Positions 55,114 through 64,000 of a DNA stretch of 64,000 nt are shown in pieces. The notes beneath the pieces are model-generated. The model was not told the DNA's origin and did not search any database. It was given only the letters and a program-made list of their open reading frames with translations. The DNA lies in NCBI GenBank assembly GCA_040751795.1, contig JBFMHR010000003.1, positions 32,001 to 96,000 of the forward strand, written 5' to 3'. The stretch comes from Thermoplasmatota archaeon (GTDB lineage Archaea > Thermoplasmatota > Thermoplasmata > UBA10834). How positions within the stretch are numbered: position 1 is the first letter of the stretch; every line of letters begins with the position of its first letter. The position numbers were made by a program, and so were the translations under genes.

Positions 55114-55527
55114 CTGAACCTGAGGACCCTGGCCCCCGTGGGCCTCTTCATAGCCGGGGTCGCGTGCATCGCGGCCTCGGTCGCCGCAGGGGAGACCGAG
55201 GTCTCCCTGCTCATCATATTCCCCGTGTTCAGCGGGTCCAGCGGCCTGTTCCTGCTTGGGACGGCCCTCGTCGTCTTCGGCTTCATAGCCGGGTTCATGG
55301 CCCTCATGGTCGGGCAGGCCGAGCTGGCCGGCGCGACCTTCGGCCCTGCCGGGGGCGCCACCGCGAGCGGGAACGCCAAGAGGGAGACCAAATACGGAGG
55401 GGTCGTGCTGATCGGGCCCGTTCCCATCGCGTTCGGCTCCGACAGGAGCATGGCCCTCGCGATGCTCGTCCTGGGCATCATATTGGCGGTCGCCGCGCTA
55501 GTCGCCCTCGCCCTTCTCCTCGGCTAG
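55114..55527 (+). CDS. DUF131/TIGR00304 membrane protein; start CTG 55114 or GTG 55075
   Basis: KYGGVVLIGPVPIAFGSD signature. Confidence 0.85.
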   Translation: MNLRTLAPVGLFIAGVACIAASVAAGETEVSLLIIFPVFSGSSGLFLLGTALVVFGFIAGFMALMVGQAELAGATFGPAGGATASGNAKRETKYGGVVLIGPVPIAFGSDRSMALAMLVLGIILAVAALVALALLLG

Positions 55528-55719
55528 GGACTCCGCGGCCTCGTCGGGGGTGACCTTGCGCGAGGAGGCGACATCCCTCACCGCGCTCATGACCTGGATG
55601 TACCTCGAGAAGTCCAGGCCCCGCCTCCTCACGGTCCTGCCTATCGCGCGCTCTATGGTCTCGTCCCTGAGCCTGGTCTGGACGGCCTCCTTCACGATGG
55701 AGACTGTCTCCGGGTCCAT
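55498..55719 (-). CDS. Small hypothetical protein downstream of guaAA
   Basis: ATG 3 nt after the guaAA stop; coding-like codon usage. Confidence 0.65.
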   Translation of the reverse strand: MDPETVSIVKEAVQTRLRDETIERAIGRTVRRRGLDFSRYIQVMSAVRDVASSRKVTPDEAAESLAEEKGEGD

Positions 55720-55722
55720 GCC

Positions 55723-56298
55723 TCAGACCTTCTTGTGCGCCTGGCAGACGTCCACGAACGCCTGGAAGATCTCGTAGCCGTTGTCCGTGTGCTCCACCTC
55801 CGGGTGGAACTGCACGCCGAAGAGCGGCTTCTCCCTGTGCCTCATGGCCTGGATGGCGCAGTTGTCCGAGTGGGCGAGCGCGACGAAGCCCTGGGGCATC
55901 TCCGTGACCTCGTCGTTGTGCGACTCCCACGCCACTATCGTCGGGGGGAGCCCCTTGAAGATCTCGTCCTCGTCGTCGATGTTCACGAGGGTCTTCCCGA
56001 ACTCCGGGATCTTGGAGGGACCGGCCTTGCCCCCGAGGTGGGCGGCCATGAACTGGTGGCCCGCGCAGATCCCCATCACGGGGACCCCGGACCTGTCGAT
56101 GTAGTCGCCGCACCTGCCCATGGCCTCGGCGTTCAGCCCGACCCGCGGCGAGCCGCCCGAGAGGACGAGCCCGTCGGCCTTGATGCTCTCGAGGGGCGTG
56201 GTGTTCGGGACGATCTCGCACTCGACCCCAAGGTCCCTTAGGACCCTCCACTCCCTGTGGGTCCACTGACCGCCGTTGTCGATGACCAGGATGCGCAT
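55723..56298 (-). CDS. guaAA: GMP synthase subunit A (glutamine amidotransferase)
   Basis: DNGGQWTH, GICAGHQ, SHNDEV, VQFHPEV. Confidence 0.96.
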   Translation of the reverse strand: MRILVIDNGGQWTHREWRVLRDLGVECEIVPNTTPLESIKADGLVLSGGSPRVGLNAEAMGRCGDYIDRSGVPVMGICAGHQFMAAHLGGKAGPSKIPEFGKTLVNIDDEDEIFKGLPPTIVAWESHNDEVTEMPQGFVALAHSDNCAIQAMRHREKPLFGVQFHPEVEHTDNGYEIFQAFVDVCQAHKKV

Positions 56299-56467
56299 GC
56301 CCCTGTGAACACCGGGTCAATATTTAGGCTCTGCTGAGCGCCCCCGGGCCGCAGTGGGAAGAACTTCGAACGCGGGGAGTGCCAGGGTGCCGTCCCGCCC
56401 GCGCGCGACTATATAAAGAGGGGTTAAATGCGCGGCGGGCCCCGGTGAAGGCCGTTCTCTCCCGGGC

Positions 56468-57415
56468 TCACTCCCACTCGATGGTCGCCGGGGGCTTGTC
56501 CGTTATGTCGTACACGACCCTGTTGACCTTGTCCTTCATCGAGTTGGTGATCCTGCAGGAGATCGCCTCGAGCACGTCGTGGGGGATCTTCGCGTACACC
56601 GCCGACATCGCGTCGACGGAGTCGACGGCCCTGACGGCGACCGTGTACCCGTACGCCCTGATGTCCCCCTGCACGCCGACGCTCCTGACCGGGAGCAGGA
56701 CCGCGAAGTACTGCCACGGGAGCCTCATCTTCCCCGCGGCCGCGGCCTTCTCGATCTCCTCCTCCGCTATGGCGCACGCCTCGCGCACTATGGCGACCGA
56801 CTCCCTCGTCGGCTCGCCCATTACCCTTATCGCGAGCGCGGGCCCGGGGAACGGCTGCTTCTCGGCCACCTCGATCTTCAGGGCGCGCGCGACCTTCCGC
56901 ACCTCGTCCTTGTAGAGGTCCCTGAGAGGCTCCACGAGCTTGAGGTGCATGTCCGCGGGGAGGCCGCCGACGTTGTGGTGCGACTTGATCGTGTCCCTGA
57001 GGCCGCCGCCGCTCTCGATCCAGTCCGGGGCGATGGTCCCCTGGACCAGGTACTGCGCGTCGAACTTCCTCGCCTCGCGCTCGAAGACGCGGATGAACTT
57101 CTCGCCGATTATCTTGCGCTTCCTCTCGGGGTCGGTGACGCCCTTGAGGGCGTCGAAGTACTCGTCGCTGGCGTCCACGACCCTGTGGTTCACGCCCAGC
57201 CTCGAGAGCATCTTGTCGACGTTCGCCGTCTCGCCCTTCCTCATGAACCCCGTGTCGACGTAGATCGCGAGGAGGCGGTCGCCGAGCGCCCTGCTGACCA
57301 GGGCGGCGCACACGGTGCTGTCGACCCCGCCAGACGCGGCGATGATCGCCCTGCCCTTGACATCCTCCCCGACCTTCTTGACCTGCTGGTCGATGAACTT
57401 CTCCGCGTCGAACAT
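56468..57415 (-). CDS. guaAB: GMP synthase subunit B (ATP pyrophosphatase)
   Basis: SGGVDS, DPERKRKIIG, IKSHHNVGG, PFPGP, KPPATIEWE. Confidence 0.97.
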   Translation of the reverse strand: MFDAEKFIDQQVKKVGEDVKGRAIIAASGGVDSTVCAALVSRALGDRLLAIYVDTGFMRKGETANVDKMLSRLGVNHRVVDASDEYFDALKGVTDPERKRKIIGEKFIRVFEREARKFDAQYLVQGTIAPDWIESGGGLRDTIKSHHNVGGLPADMHLKLVEPLRDLYKDEVRKVARALKIEVAEKQPFPGPALAIRVMGEPTRESVAIVREACAIAEEEIEKAAAAGKMRLPWQYFAVLLPVRSVGVQGDIRAYGYTVAVRAVDSVDAMSAVYAKIPHDVLEAISCRITNSMKDKVNRVVYDITDKPPATIEWE

Positions 57416-57880
57416 CTAGACCTCAACTTCCTTGGAGTCCTGGATGACCTTGTCCCTGAGCCTCTGGCGGTAATCCGCGAGGGCCTTCCCGACCTTCGCG
57501 TCCTTGAGCGCGAGTATCTGGGCCGCGAGTATCGCGGCGTTGTCGCCGCGGTCCAGCCCCACGCCCGCGACGGGTATCCCCGGCGGCATCTGCACGACCG
57601 AGAGGATCGCGTCGAGGTTGAGGGCACCGCTCACCGGGACGCCTATGACAGGCTTGACGGTCCGCGACGCTATGACGCCCGGGAGCGCGGCCGAGAGCCC
57701 CGCGATGGCGATGAAGACCTCGGCGTCCGCCTCGCTGACGAGGCGCTCGACGAGCTCCGGCGTCCTGTGGGCGCTGGCGACGCTGAGCCTGTAGGGTATC
57801 CCGAGCTCCTTGAGGACCGAGACCGCCTTCTCGGCAACCTTCATGTCGCTCTTGCTGCCCAAAACAATCTGGACGCTCAT
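57416..57880 (-). CDS. purE: N5-CAIR mutase / AIR carboxylase
   Basis: [25 protein letters not shown]. Confidence 0.96.
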   Translation of the reverse strand: MSVQIVLGSKSDMKVAEKAVSVLKELGIPYRLSVASAHRTPELVERLVSEADAEVFIAIAGLSAALPGVIASRTVKPVIGVPVSGALNLDAILSVVQMPPGIPVAGVGLDRGDNAAILAAQILALKDAKVGKALADYRQRLRDKVIQDSKEVEV

Positions 57881-57932
57881 GTGAAAGGTAGAAGAACGGT
57901 TTGTAGAAAAAGGTTTGCGTCTAGCGCCCCGC

Positions 57933-58229
57933 TCACGACTTCATTATCGCGACGAGGAACACGCCGACCGCCGCGAGGGCGCCTATCAGGCCCGCGACGA
58001 TGAACAGGAACGCGTCCCAGATGACCTTGCCGAGGTCGACGTCGAGCACGTCGACGGAGTCGAGGCAGAGGACGCCCCAGACGACCCCCACGACCAGCCC
58101 GACGACCAGCAGGACGACGCCTATCATGCGGCTCTTCCCGCTGCCGAAGTAGGCAGTGAATATGCCCGCGAGCAGCATGAAGAGCCCGAATACCATTATC
58201 AGCACTGTCAGGAAATCCATTGGATCCAT
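57933..58229 (-). CDS. Small 3-TM membrane protein
   Basis: Hydrophobic; [14 protein letters not shown] motif. Confidence 0.75.
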   Translation of the reverse strand: MDPMDFLTVLIMVFGLFMLLAGIFTAYFGSGKSRMIGVVLLVVGLVVGVVWGVLCLDSVDVLDVDLGKVIWDAFLFIVAGLIGALAAVGVFLVAIMKS

Positions 58230-58257
58230 CGTATCTCACCCACTTTCCGGCACATGT

Positions 58258-58491
58258 CTAGAACTTGATCCCGGTCAAGGTCTTGGTGTCGATGACGCCT
58301 GGAATCGAGCGGACCTTGTCGACAACGACCTGCCCCAGCAGGTTGAAGTCCTCCGCCTCGATCTTCGCGATCAGGTCGTACTCCCCGAAGAGAGGGTGCA
58401 ACTCCACGACTTCCTTGACCTTCAGGAGCTCGTTGTAGACCTCGTGCTCTTTCGCTGGCGCGGTACTTATCAGTATAAATCCCACGGCCAT
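58258..58491 (-). CDS. Lrp/AsnC ligand-binding (RAM) domain protein
   Basis: GFILI....KEHEVY, LFGEYDLIAK, IPGVIDTKTL. Confidence 0.92.
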   Translation of the reverse strand: MAVGFILISTAPAKEHEVYNELLKVKEVVELHPLFGEYDLIAKIEAEDFNLLGQVVVDKVRSIPGVIDTKTLTGIKF

Positions 58492-58578
58492 CTGGTGCTC
58501 ACCGCGCTGTATAATGGGATATCCTTTCATAAACCTTTCGGGATTCCGTGCAATGAGCCAGATTTCTGGCGCAGCGCG

Positions 58579-59502
58579 CTACACGTGCTTCCTGCGCGCG
58601 GCGCGCCTCTGCACCATGTCCCAGCTCGGCAGCGAGCTCTGCGCGCCGACGCTCTCGACGATGAAAGAGGCCGTCGACGCGCCTATCCAGGCGCACTCCT
58701 CCATCGGCAGCGACTTCGACAGGCCCGCGTAGAACCCGGCCCTGAAGCCGTCCCCGGCGCCGGTGGTGTCCACCACCTTGTCGGGCTGGATGCTCCCCAC
58801 CAGGACGTCGTCGTCCCCGGTCAGGATCCTGCTCCCCTCCCCCCCCATGGTGACGACCAGCATCTTGACGTACGAGAGGAGCTCCGCGTCCTCCTCCAGG
58901 TTGAGGTACTCCTTGGCCCTGTGCAACTCGGAGGTGTTGACGAACAGGCCGTCGCAGTGCTCCAGAACGGCCCTGAACGACTGCGGGTCGTAGACGTAGT
59001 GGAGCTCCTGGGCCGGGTCGAAGCAGACGGTCTTCTTCCTCGCCTTGGCGCGCCTCGCGACCTTCAGCATGTAGGAGGGCCTCCCCGTCCCGACATGGAC
59101 GAACCTCGAGGAGTCGGCCGTGTGGGTGCGAATGGGGAGCCGGTCCTGCTCGAGCACCGCCCCCTGCTCCACGAAGCCGATCTGGTTGTGCCCCGCGTCG
59201 GAGACCATGATCACGAAGGGCGTCCTCTTGCCCCTCACCTTGACCACGTCCGTGGTGTCTATGCCGCTGCCCTTGAGCGCGTCCATGAAGTCCTTCGGGA
59301 AGTCGTCGCCGACGTGGCTCGCGAGCGCGGTGGGGACGCCGAGCGTCGCAGCGATCCTCGCGAGGTTCGCCCCCGTGCCGCCGTACAGCTCCCTCCTCCC
59401 CTTCAGCTCCACGCATGTGTTCGGCTCGGGGAACCGGTCGGAAGAGTAGATCAGGTCCACGGCCGTGTGGCCGTAGACTCCGAGGAAGTTAGCCTTGCGC
59501 AA
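58579..59502 (-). CDS. PfkB family carbohydrate/nucleoside kinase
   Basis: GGTGAN, FDPAQ, VDTTGAGDGFRAG. Confidence 0.93.
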   Translation of the reverse strand: MRKANFLGVYGHTAVDLIYSSDRFPEPNTCVELKGRRELYGGTGANLARIAATLGVPTALASHVGDDFPKDFMDALKGSGIDTTDVVKVRGKRTPFVIMVSDAGHNQIGFVEQGAVLEQDRLPIRTHTADSSRFVHVGTGRPSYMLKVARRAKARKKTVCFDPAQELHYVYDPQSFRAVLEHCDGLFVNTSELHRAKEYLNLEEDAELLSYVKMLVVTMGGEGSRILTGDDDVLVGSIQPDKVVDTTGAGDGFRAGFYAGLSKSLPMEECAWIGASTASFIVESVGAQSSLPSWDMVQRRAARRKHV

Positions 59503-59584
59503 GTGATGCTCCCCCTTGCCCTCCCGTATCGCCGCCGCCGTACTTGAAAAGTCGGGTTGCGCGGCCAGGGACCAGGGGGGGAGG

Positions 59585-60829
59585 CTATGTCCCCTCGCGC
59601 CAGCTCCGGACGTAGGACTGCTGGTCCTTGGAGAGCCTGTCTATCCTGACGCCCATGGTCTGGAGCTTGAGCCTCGCCACCTGGTCGTCGAGGTGGTCCG
59701 GGACGTCGTACACGTCGGGCTCGAGGGTCTGCGCGCTGAAGTCCAGGTATTCGAGGCACAGCGCCTGTATCGCGAAGCTCATGTCCATGATCTCGACCGG
59801 GTGCCCCTGGCCCGCGGCGAGGTTGACGAGCCTCCCCTCGGCCAGCAGGTAGACCCTCCTCCCGTCCCTGAGCACGAACTCCTCCACCGACTCCCTCACC
59901 TTCGAGTGGCGCTTGGAGAGCTTCAGGAGGGCCGCCTTGGAGATCTCGTTGTCGAAGTGGCCCGAGTTGGCCAGGACGCACCCGTCCTTCATCGCCCGGA
60001 TGTCCTCGGCCGTGACGACGTCCTTGCACCCCGTCGCGGAGACCACGATGTCCGCGTTCCTCACGGCCTGCGACATCGGCATCACCGCGAACCCGTCCAG
60101 CTTCGCCTCGATCGCCCGTATCGGGTCGACCTCGCACACGGTCACGTCGGCGCCCATGCCCTTGGCGCGCATGGCGATCCCGCGGCCGCACCAGCCGTAG
60201 CCGGCGACCACGAAGTTCTTTCCCGCTATGAGGAGGTTGGTGGAGTTCATGAACCCGTCCATGGTCGACTGGCCCGTGCCGTACCGGTTGTCGAAGAGGT
60301 ACTTCATGTAGGCGTCGTTGACGGACATGACCGGGAACCTGAGGGCGCCCTCCTGGGCCATGGCCCTGAGGCGCATGACCCCGGTCGTCGTCTCCTCGTT
60401 CGCCCCCTTGACCTTCGGCAGGAGCTCCTTCCTGTCCGTGTGAAGCAGGAATATGAGGTCCGCTCCGTCGTCGATGACGTAGTCTGGCCCCATGTCCAGG
60501 ACCTTGTTGAGCGATTTGTAGTAGTCCTTCGTGTTCTGGCCCTTCTTGGCGTAGGTCGTGAGGCCGTACTCCGCGTTCAGAGCCGCGGCGACCGAGTCGT
60601 CGGTCGACAACGGGTTGCAGCTAGTGAGCCGGACCTCGGCCCCCGCCTCCTGGATCGTGAGAGCCAGCACCGCGGTCTTCGCCTCCGTGTGCAGGGCCAT
60701 CCCGACCTTCAGGCCCTCGAAGGTCTTCTCCTTGACCATCCTGGACCTTATGCTTCCGAGGACCTTCATGTGCGTCCTCGCCCACTCGATGCGCCTGACG
60801 CCCTTCTCGACCAGTTCCTTGTTGGCCAT
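59585..60829 (-). CDS. ahcY: Adenosylhomocysteinase (SAH/SIH hydrolase)
   Basis: CNPLST, DDGADL, EETTTG, FDNRYGTGQS, GYGWCGRG, GHFDNEI, GHPVEIMDMSF. Confidence 0.97.
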   Translation of the reverse strand: MANKELVEKGVRRIEWARTHMKVLGSIRSRMVKEKTFEGLKVGMALHTEAKTAVLALTIQEAGAEVRLTSCNPLSTDDSVAAALNAEYGLTTYAKKGQNTKDYYKSLNKVLDMGPDYVIDDGADLIFLLHTDRKELLPKVKGANEETTTGVMRLRAMAQEGALRFPVMSVNDAYMKYLFDNRYGTGQSTMDGFMNSTNLLIAGKNFVVAGYGWCGRGIAMRAKGMGADVTVCEVDPIRAIEAKLDGFAVMPMSQAVRNADIVVSATGCKDVVTAEDIRAMKDGCVLANSGHFDNEISKAALLKLSKRHSKVRESVEEFVLRDGRRVYLLAEGRLVNLAAGQGHPVEIMDMSFAIQALCLEYLDFSAQTLEPDVYDVPDHLDDQVARLKLQTMGVRIDRLSKDQQSYVRSWREGT

Positions 60830-61041
60830 GCTACCTTCCTGACGCATCGAGCGACGCGCTAATACATTTGTTGGTACAACCATATCCCTCGCGGGCGGCG
60901 ACCCTGGAGGACCCCGGCTATATAGATGCCGTAAGGGACCGGACATCAACCGGAGGTACGGTGCCCTACATCTCCACATGAAATCTACGTCCCCAAGGAT
61001 GATGACCGCGGCCGGGCTCTGAAGGTCCAAGAGGCCGAAAT

Positions 61042-62211
61042 ATGGAACAGGCTGAGAAGGACGAGGACGGTGCGGCGGACCGCAAGGTCGTCATGCCGCA
61101 CAAGGGAGGCAACACGACCCTCTACATGTTGGCAGCGGTCGCGGTGGTGGCCGTGATAATCATCGCGGCCTTCGCGACCGGGATCCTGTCGACGGGGTCG
61201 AAGGACAGCGTCACACTGACCGGGGCCGGGGCGACCTTCCCGATGCCGCTGATACTCAAGTGGGCCGACGAGTACTACAACGTGAGCGACGGAGCGGTCA
61301 AGGTCAACTACGGCGGAGGGGGCAGCGGGGCCGGCATAACCCAGATCAAGGAGAAGCAGGTCGACTTCGCCGGCTCGGACGCCCCTCTGAGCGCGGATGA
61401 GTCCTCGACGTACGGACTCGTCCACATACCGGAGACCCTCGGCGCGGTGGTGGTGGCGTTCAACCTGCCGGGCATATCCGCCTTGAAGCTCGACGGGGAC
61501 ACGACCGCGAGGATCTTCATGAAGGACATAACGGCCTGGGACGACCCGGCGATAGCGGCGCAGAACCCCGGAGTGGCCCTGCCGGACGAGTCCATCGCGA
61601 CTGTCGTCAGGTCAGACTCGTCCGGCACGACATTCGTGTTCACCGGGTACCTGGCGATCGTGAGCCCGGAGTTCGACGAACTCTACGGGCAGGGCAAGAC
61701 GGTGGCCTGGCCCGAGGGCACCCTCGCGCAGTCCGGCAACTCCGGCGTCGCGCAGGCGGTCCAGGGCACAAGCTACTCCGTCGGGTACATAGAGCTCGCG
61801 TACGCCCTGGAGAACGACATCGCCTTCGCCCAGATGGAGAACCACGACGGTGCGTACATCACAGCATCCCTGGCGACGACGGCGGCCGCCGCCGCGGCCG
61901 CGGTCCCCACCCTCCCGGCGGGGGACGGGGACTGGTCCGGCGTTCATGTGCTCGACGCGCCGGGGGCCGACTCGTACCCCATCGTCACCTTCACGTACAT
62001 CCTGGTCTACAAGGAGCTGTACAACGAGGACACGGAGATGAACAGGAGCGCTGCCGAGGCCCTCCTGGACTTCCTGTGGTGGGCGGTACATGAGGAGGGG
62101 CAGGCCCTGGCCGGCCCGCTGCAGTACGCGCCGCTGCCCGACGCGGTCGTGGAGCTCAACGAGGAGACGCTGAGGGCGATCACCTACCAGGGCGACACCC
62201 TGATGGACTGA
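61042..62211 (+). CDS. pstS: Phosphate ABC transporter substrate-binding protein
   Basis: GAGATFP, GGGSGAG, DFAGSD, RSDSSGTT, YPIVTFTY. Confidence 0.96.
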   Translation: MEQAEKDEDGAADRKVVMPHKGGNTTLYMLAAVAVVAVIIIAAFATGILSTGSKDSVTLTGAGATFPMPLILKWADEYYNVSDGAVKVNYGGGGSGAGITQIKEKQVDFAGSDAPLSADESSTYGLVHIPETLGAVVVAFNLPGISALKLDGDTTARIFMKDITAWDDPAIAAQNPGVALPDESIATVVRSDSSGTTFVFTGYLAIVSPEFDELYGQGKTVAWPEGTLAQSGNSGVAQAVQGTSYSVGYIELAYALENDIAFAQMENHDGAYITASLATTAAAAAAAVPTLPAGDGDWSGVHVLDAPGADSYPIVTFTYILVYKELYNEDTEMNRSAAEALLDFLWWAVHEEGQALAGPLQYAPLPDAVVELNEETLRAITYQGDTLMD

Positions 62212-62302
62212 GGCTGAACCCCCGCAAACCCCTTACCCCGCCTCCGGCCGGAGGGGCCGATGCCCCGCCGCCCGGGAGTGGGACGAAGGTCTGGCGGACG
62301 CT

Positions 62303-63268
62303 ATGTGGACGACGAGGAGGCAGGGAGGCAGAGGGAGGAGGAGCTCCAGCTCCCTCCAGGACAGGCTCTTCAAGTACTCGGTGACGGGCGTGGCCGCGCT
62401 CGTCCTGGCCCTGCTCTGGGGGCTGGTCGTCAAGCTGGTGCTCGACGCCCAGACCTCGATAGGCACCTTCGGGCTCGACTTCCTGACGAGCGACGTGTGG
62501 GACCCCAACAGGGACCTGTACACCGCCCTGCCGTTCATCTTCGGGACACTCATGACCTCTGCGATCGCGATCCTCATCGGCGTCCCAATCAGCATAGGCA
62601 TCGCAGTCTACCTCTCCGAGCTCGCGCCCGCGTGGGTCCGGGAGCCGCTCTCGTTCCTCATCGAGCTCCTGGCGGCGGTGCCGAGCGTCATATACGGCCT
62701 CTGGGCGATATACACCCTCAGGCCGGTGCTCACCGGCTCAGTGGAGCCCTTCCTCATGGACGTCCTGGGCTGGACGCCATTCTTCGAGGGGGCGGCGTTC
62801 GGGATCGACAAGCTCGCCGCCGGCGTCATACTGGCGGTGATGATCATCCCGACGGTCGCATCGGTCTCCAAGGAGAGCATGATGGCCGTCCCGGACTCCC
62901 AGAGGGAGGCGGCCCTCAGCCTGGGGGCGACCAGGTACGAGTCCACCCGGATGGCCGTGCTCACGTACGCCCGCTCCGGCATCTTCGGGGCAGCCATACT
63001 CGGCCTGGGTAGGGCGATCGGCGAGACCATGGCCGTGACCATGACCATCGGGAACGCCAACCTCATATCGTGGTCCCTGCTCGACCCCGGCCAGACGATG
63101 GCCAGCGTCATCGCGAACAACTGGGGCGAGGCGGACGGGCTGATGCTCTCGTCCCTCATCGAGATAGGCGTCGTCCTGTTCCTGGTGGCGCTCGTGGTCA
63201 ACGTCTTCGCGCGGCTGATGGTCGGGCGCGTGATGAAGTCGGTCCACATGACGGGAGGGGGACTGTGA
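62303..63268 (+). CDS. pstC: Phosphate ABC transporter permease PstC
   Basis: IELLAAVPSVIYGLW, EAA.SLGAT, GRAIGETMAV. Confidence 0.96.
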   Translation: MWTTRRQGGRGRRSSSSLQDRLFKYSVTGVAALVLALLWGLVVKLVLDAQTSIGTFGLDFLTSDVWDPNRDLYTALPFIFGTLMTSAIAILIGVPISIGIAVYLSELAPAWVREPLSFLIELLAAVPSVIYGLWAIYTLRPVLTGSVEPFLMDVLGWTPFFEGAAFGIDKLAAGVILAVMIIPTVASVSKESMMAVPDSQREAALSLGATRYESTRMAVLTYARSGIFGAAILGLGRAIGETMAVTMTIGNANLISWSLLDPGQTMASVIANNWGEADGLMLSSLIEIGVVLFLVALVVNVFARLMVGRVMKSVHMTGGGL

Positions 63269-64000
63269 GGGGGAACAGGGCCCGGAGGCTGAAGGACCGG
63301 GCCGCCTCCCTGGTCGCCCTGGGGTGCGTCCTGATAGCCCTGGTCCCCCTCGTCTCGATACTCATAGAGGTGATAAGCAGGGGCGCCCCCGCGATAGACT
63401 GGACCTTCCTGACGGAGCGCACCAAGAGCGCGGGCTCCGCCGACTCTGGGATCGGGAACGCCATCCTCGGGTCCCTCCTCCTCGTGATGTGGGCGTCGCT
63501 AATAGGCCTCCCGCTCGGGATACTCACCGGGGTGTACGTGTCCGAGTACGGCGACAACCGGTTCGGGAGGACCGTCAGGTTCTTCAACGACATACTGGCC
63601 AACTTCCCATCGATAGTCATAGGCCTGTTCGCCTACTCCCTCATAGTGACGGTCGTCGGCTTCTCCATGGTCTCCGGCGCGTTCGCACTGGCGGTCATCA
63701 TGGTGCCAATAGTCGCGAACACCACGGAGGAGTCGCTCAGGATGGTCCCCAACTCCCTGAGGGAGGCGTCCCTGGCGCTGGGCGTCCCGAGGTGGAGGAC
63801 GGTCCTCAAGGTCATCATATCCAACGGGAGGTCGGGGCTCGTGACCGGCGCGCTGCTGGCAATAGCGAGGGTCGCCGGGGAGACCGCCCCGCTCATACTC
63901 ACGTCGTTCGGCAACAGCTTCTGGGAGACGGGGCTGACGGAGCCCGTCGCAGCCCTCCCGCTCGTGATATTCAGGAACGCCATGTCGCCATACGCCGACC
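63265..64000 (+). CDS. pstA: Phosphate ABC transporter permease PstA, partial; runs off window end
   Basis: GTG overlapping the pstC stop; GIGNAILGS, PSIVIGLF, REASLALG, ARVAGETAPL. Confidence 0.93.
   Translation, partial: MRGNRARRLKDRAASLVALGCVLIALVPLVSILIEVISRGAPAIDWTFLTERTKSAGSADSGIGNAILGSLLLVMWASLIGLPLGILTGVYVSEYGDNRFGRTVRFFNDILANFPSIVIGLFAYSLIVTVVGFSMVSGAFALAVIMVPIVANTTEESLRMVPNSLREASLALGVPRWRTVLKVIISNGRSGLVTGALLAIARVAGETAPLILTSFGNSFWETGLTEPVAALPLVIFRNAMSPYAD

Noticed and set aside
60900-61040. Pho-box-like repeats upstream of pstS (CTATAT / CTACAT / CCACAT / CTACGT)
   Set aside because: Too degenerate and irregularly spaced to call.
1-64000. CRISPR arrays, rRNA genes, proviral or integrase genes; numerous long antisense and alternate-frame ORFs
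   Set aside because: No regularly spaced repeats, rRNA-like sequence or viral hallmark genes were seen. The long overlapping ORFs are expected shadows in high-GC coding DNA.

Overview
GC-rich archaeal chromosome segment. Gene content and order (rpoH-rpoB, tbp, aEF-1beta, priL, cdc6/orc1, ftsZ-secE-spt5-rpl11, rpl1-rpl10-rpl12, guaAA/guaAB) fit a Thermoplasmata lineage related to Methanomassiliicoccales; this placement is inference. Most of the window is housekeeping, and many listed ORFs are GC-rich shadow frames. Main observations: (1) a full-length, intact IleRS2-like gene (38161-41253) whose two class I catalytic motifs are destroyed (HIGH->DMSD, KMSKS->AMGAG) while the Zn knuckles, CP1 editing Asp and anticodon-binding region persist, a candidate pseudo-synthetase or trans-editing factor; (2) a tRNA-Lys(UUU) gene split by two non-canonical BHB introns (20/21 and 59/60); (3) a lower-GC island of about 3.5 kb of orphan, mostly membrane/coiled-coil genes bracketed by two directly repeated IS6-family ends next to the cdrS-ftsZ2 promoter; (4) three ftsZ genes, two of them in tandem; (5) Spt5 with an extra N-terminal region of about 155 aa; (6) rpl11 separated from rpl1 by an oxidoreductase, with an L1-binding-type hairpin before rpl1; (7) several genes that appear to start at CTG or ACG. 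All calls come from reading the sequence; no database searches were run.
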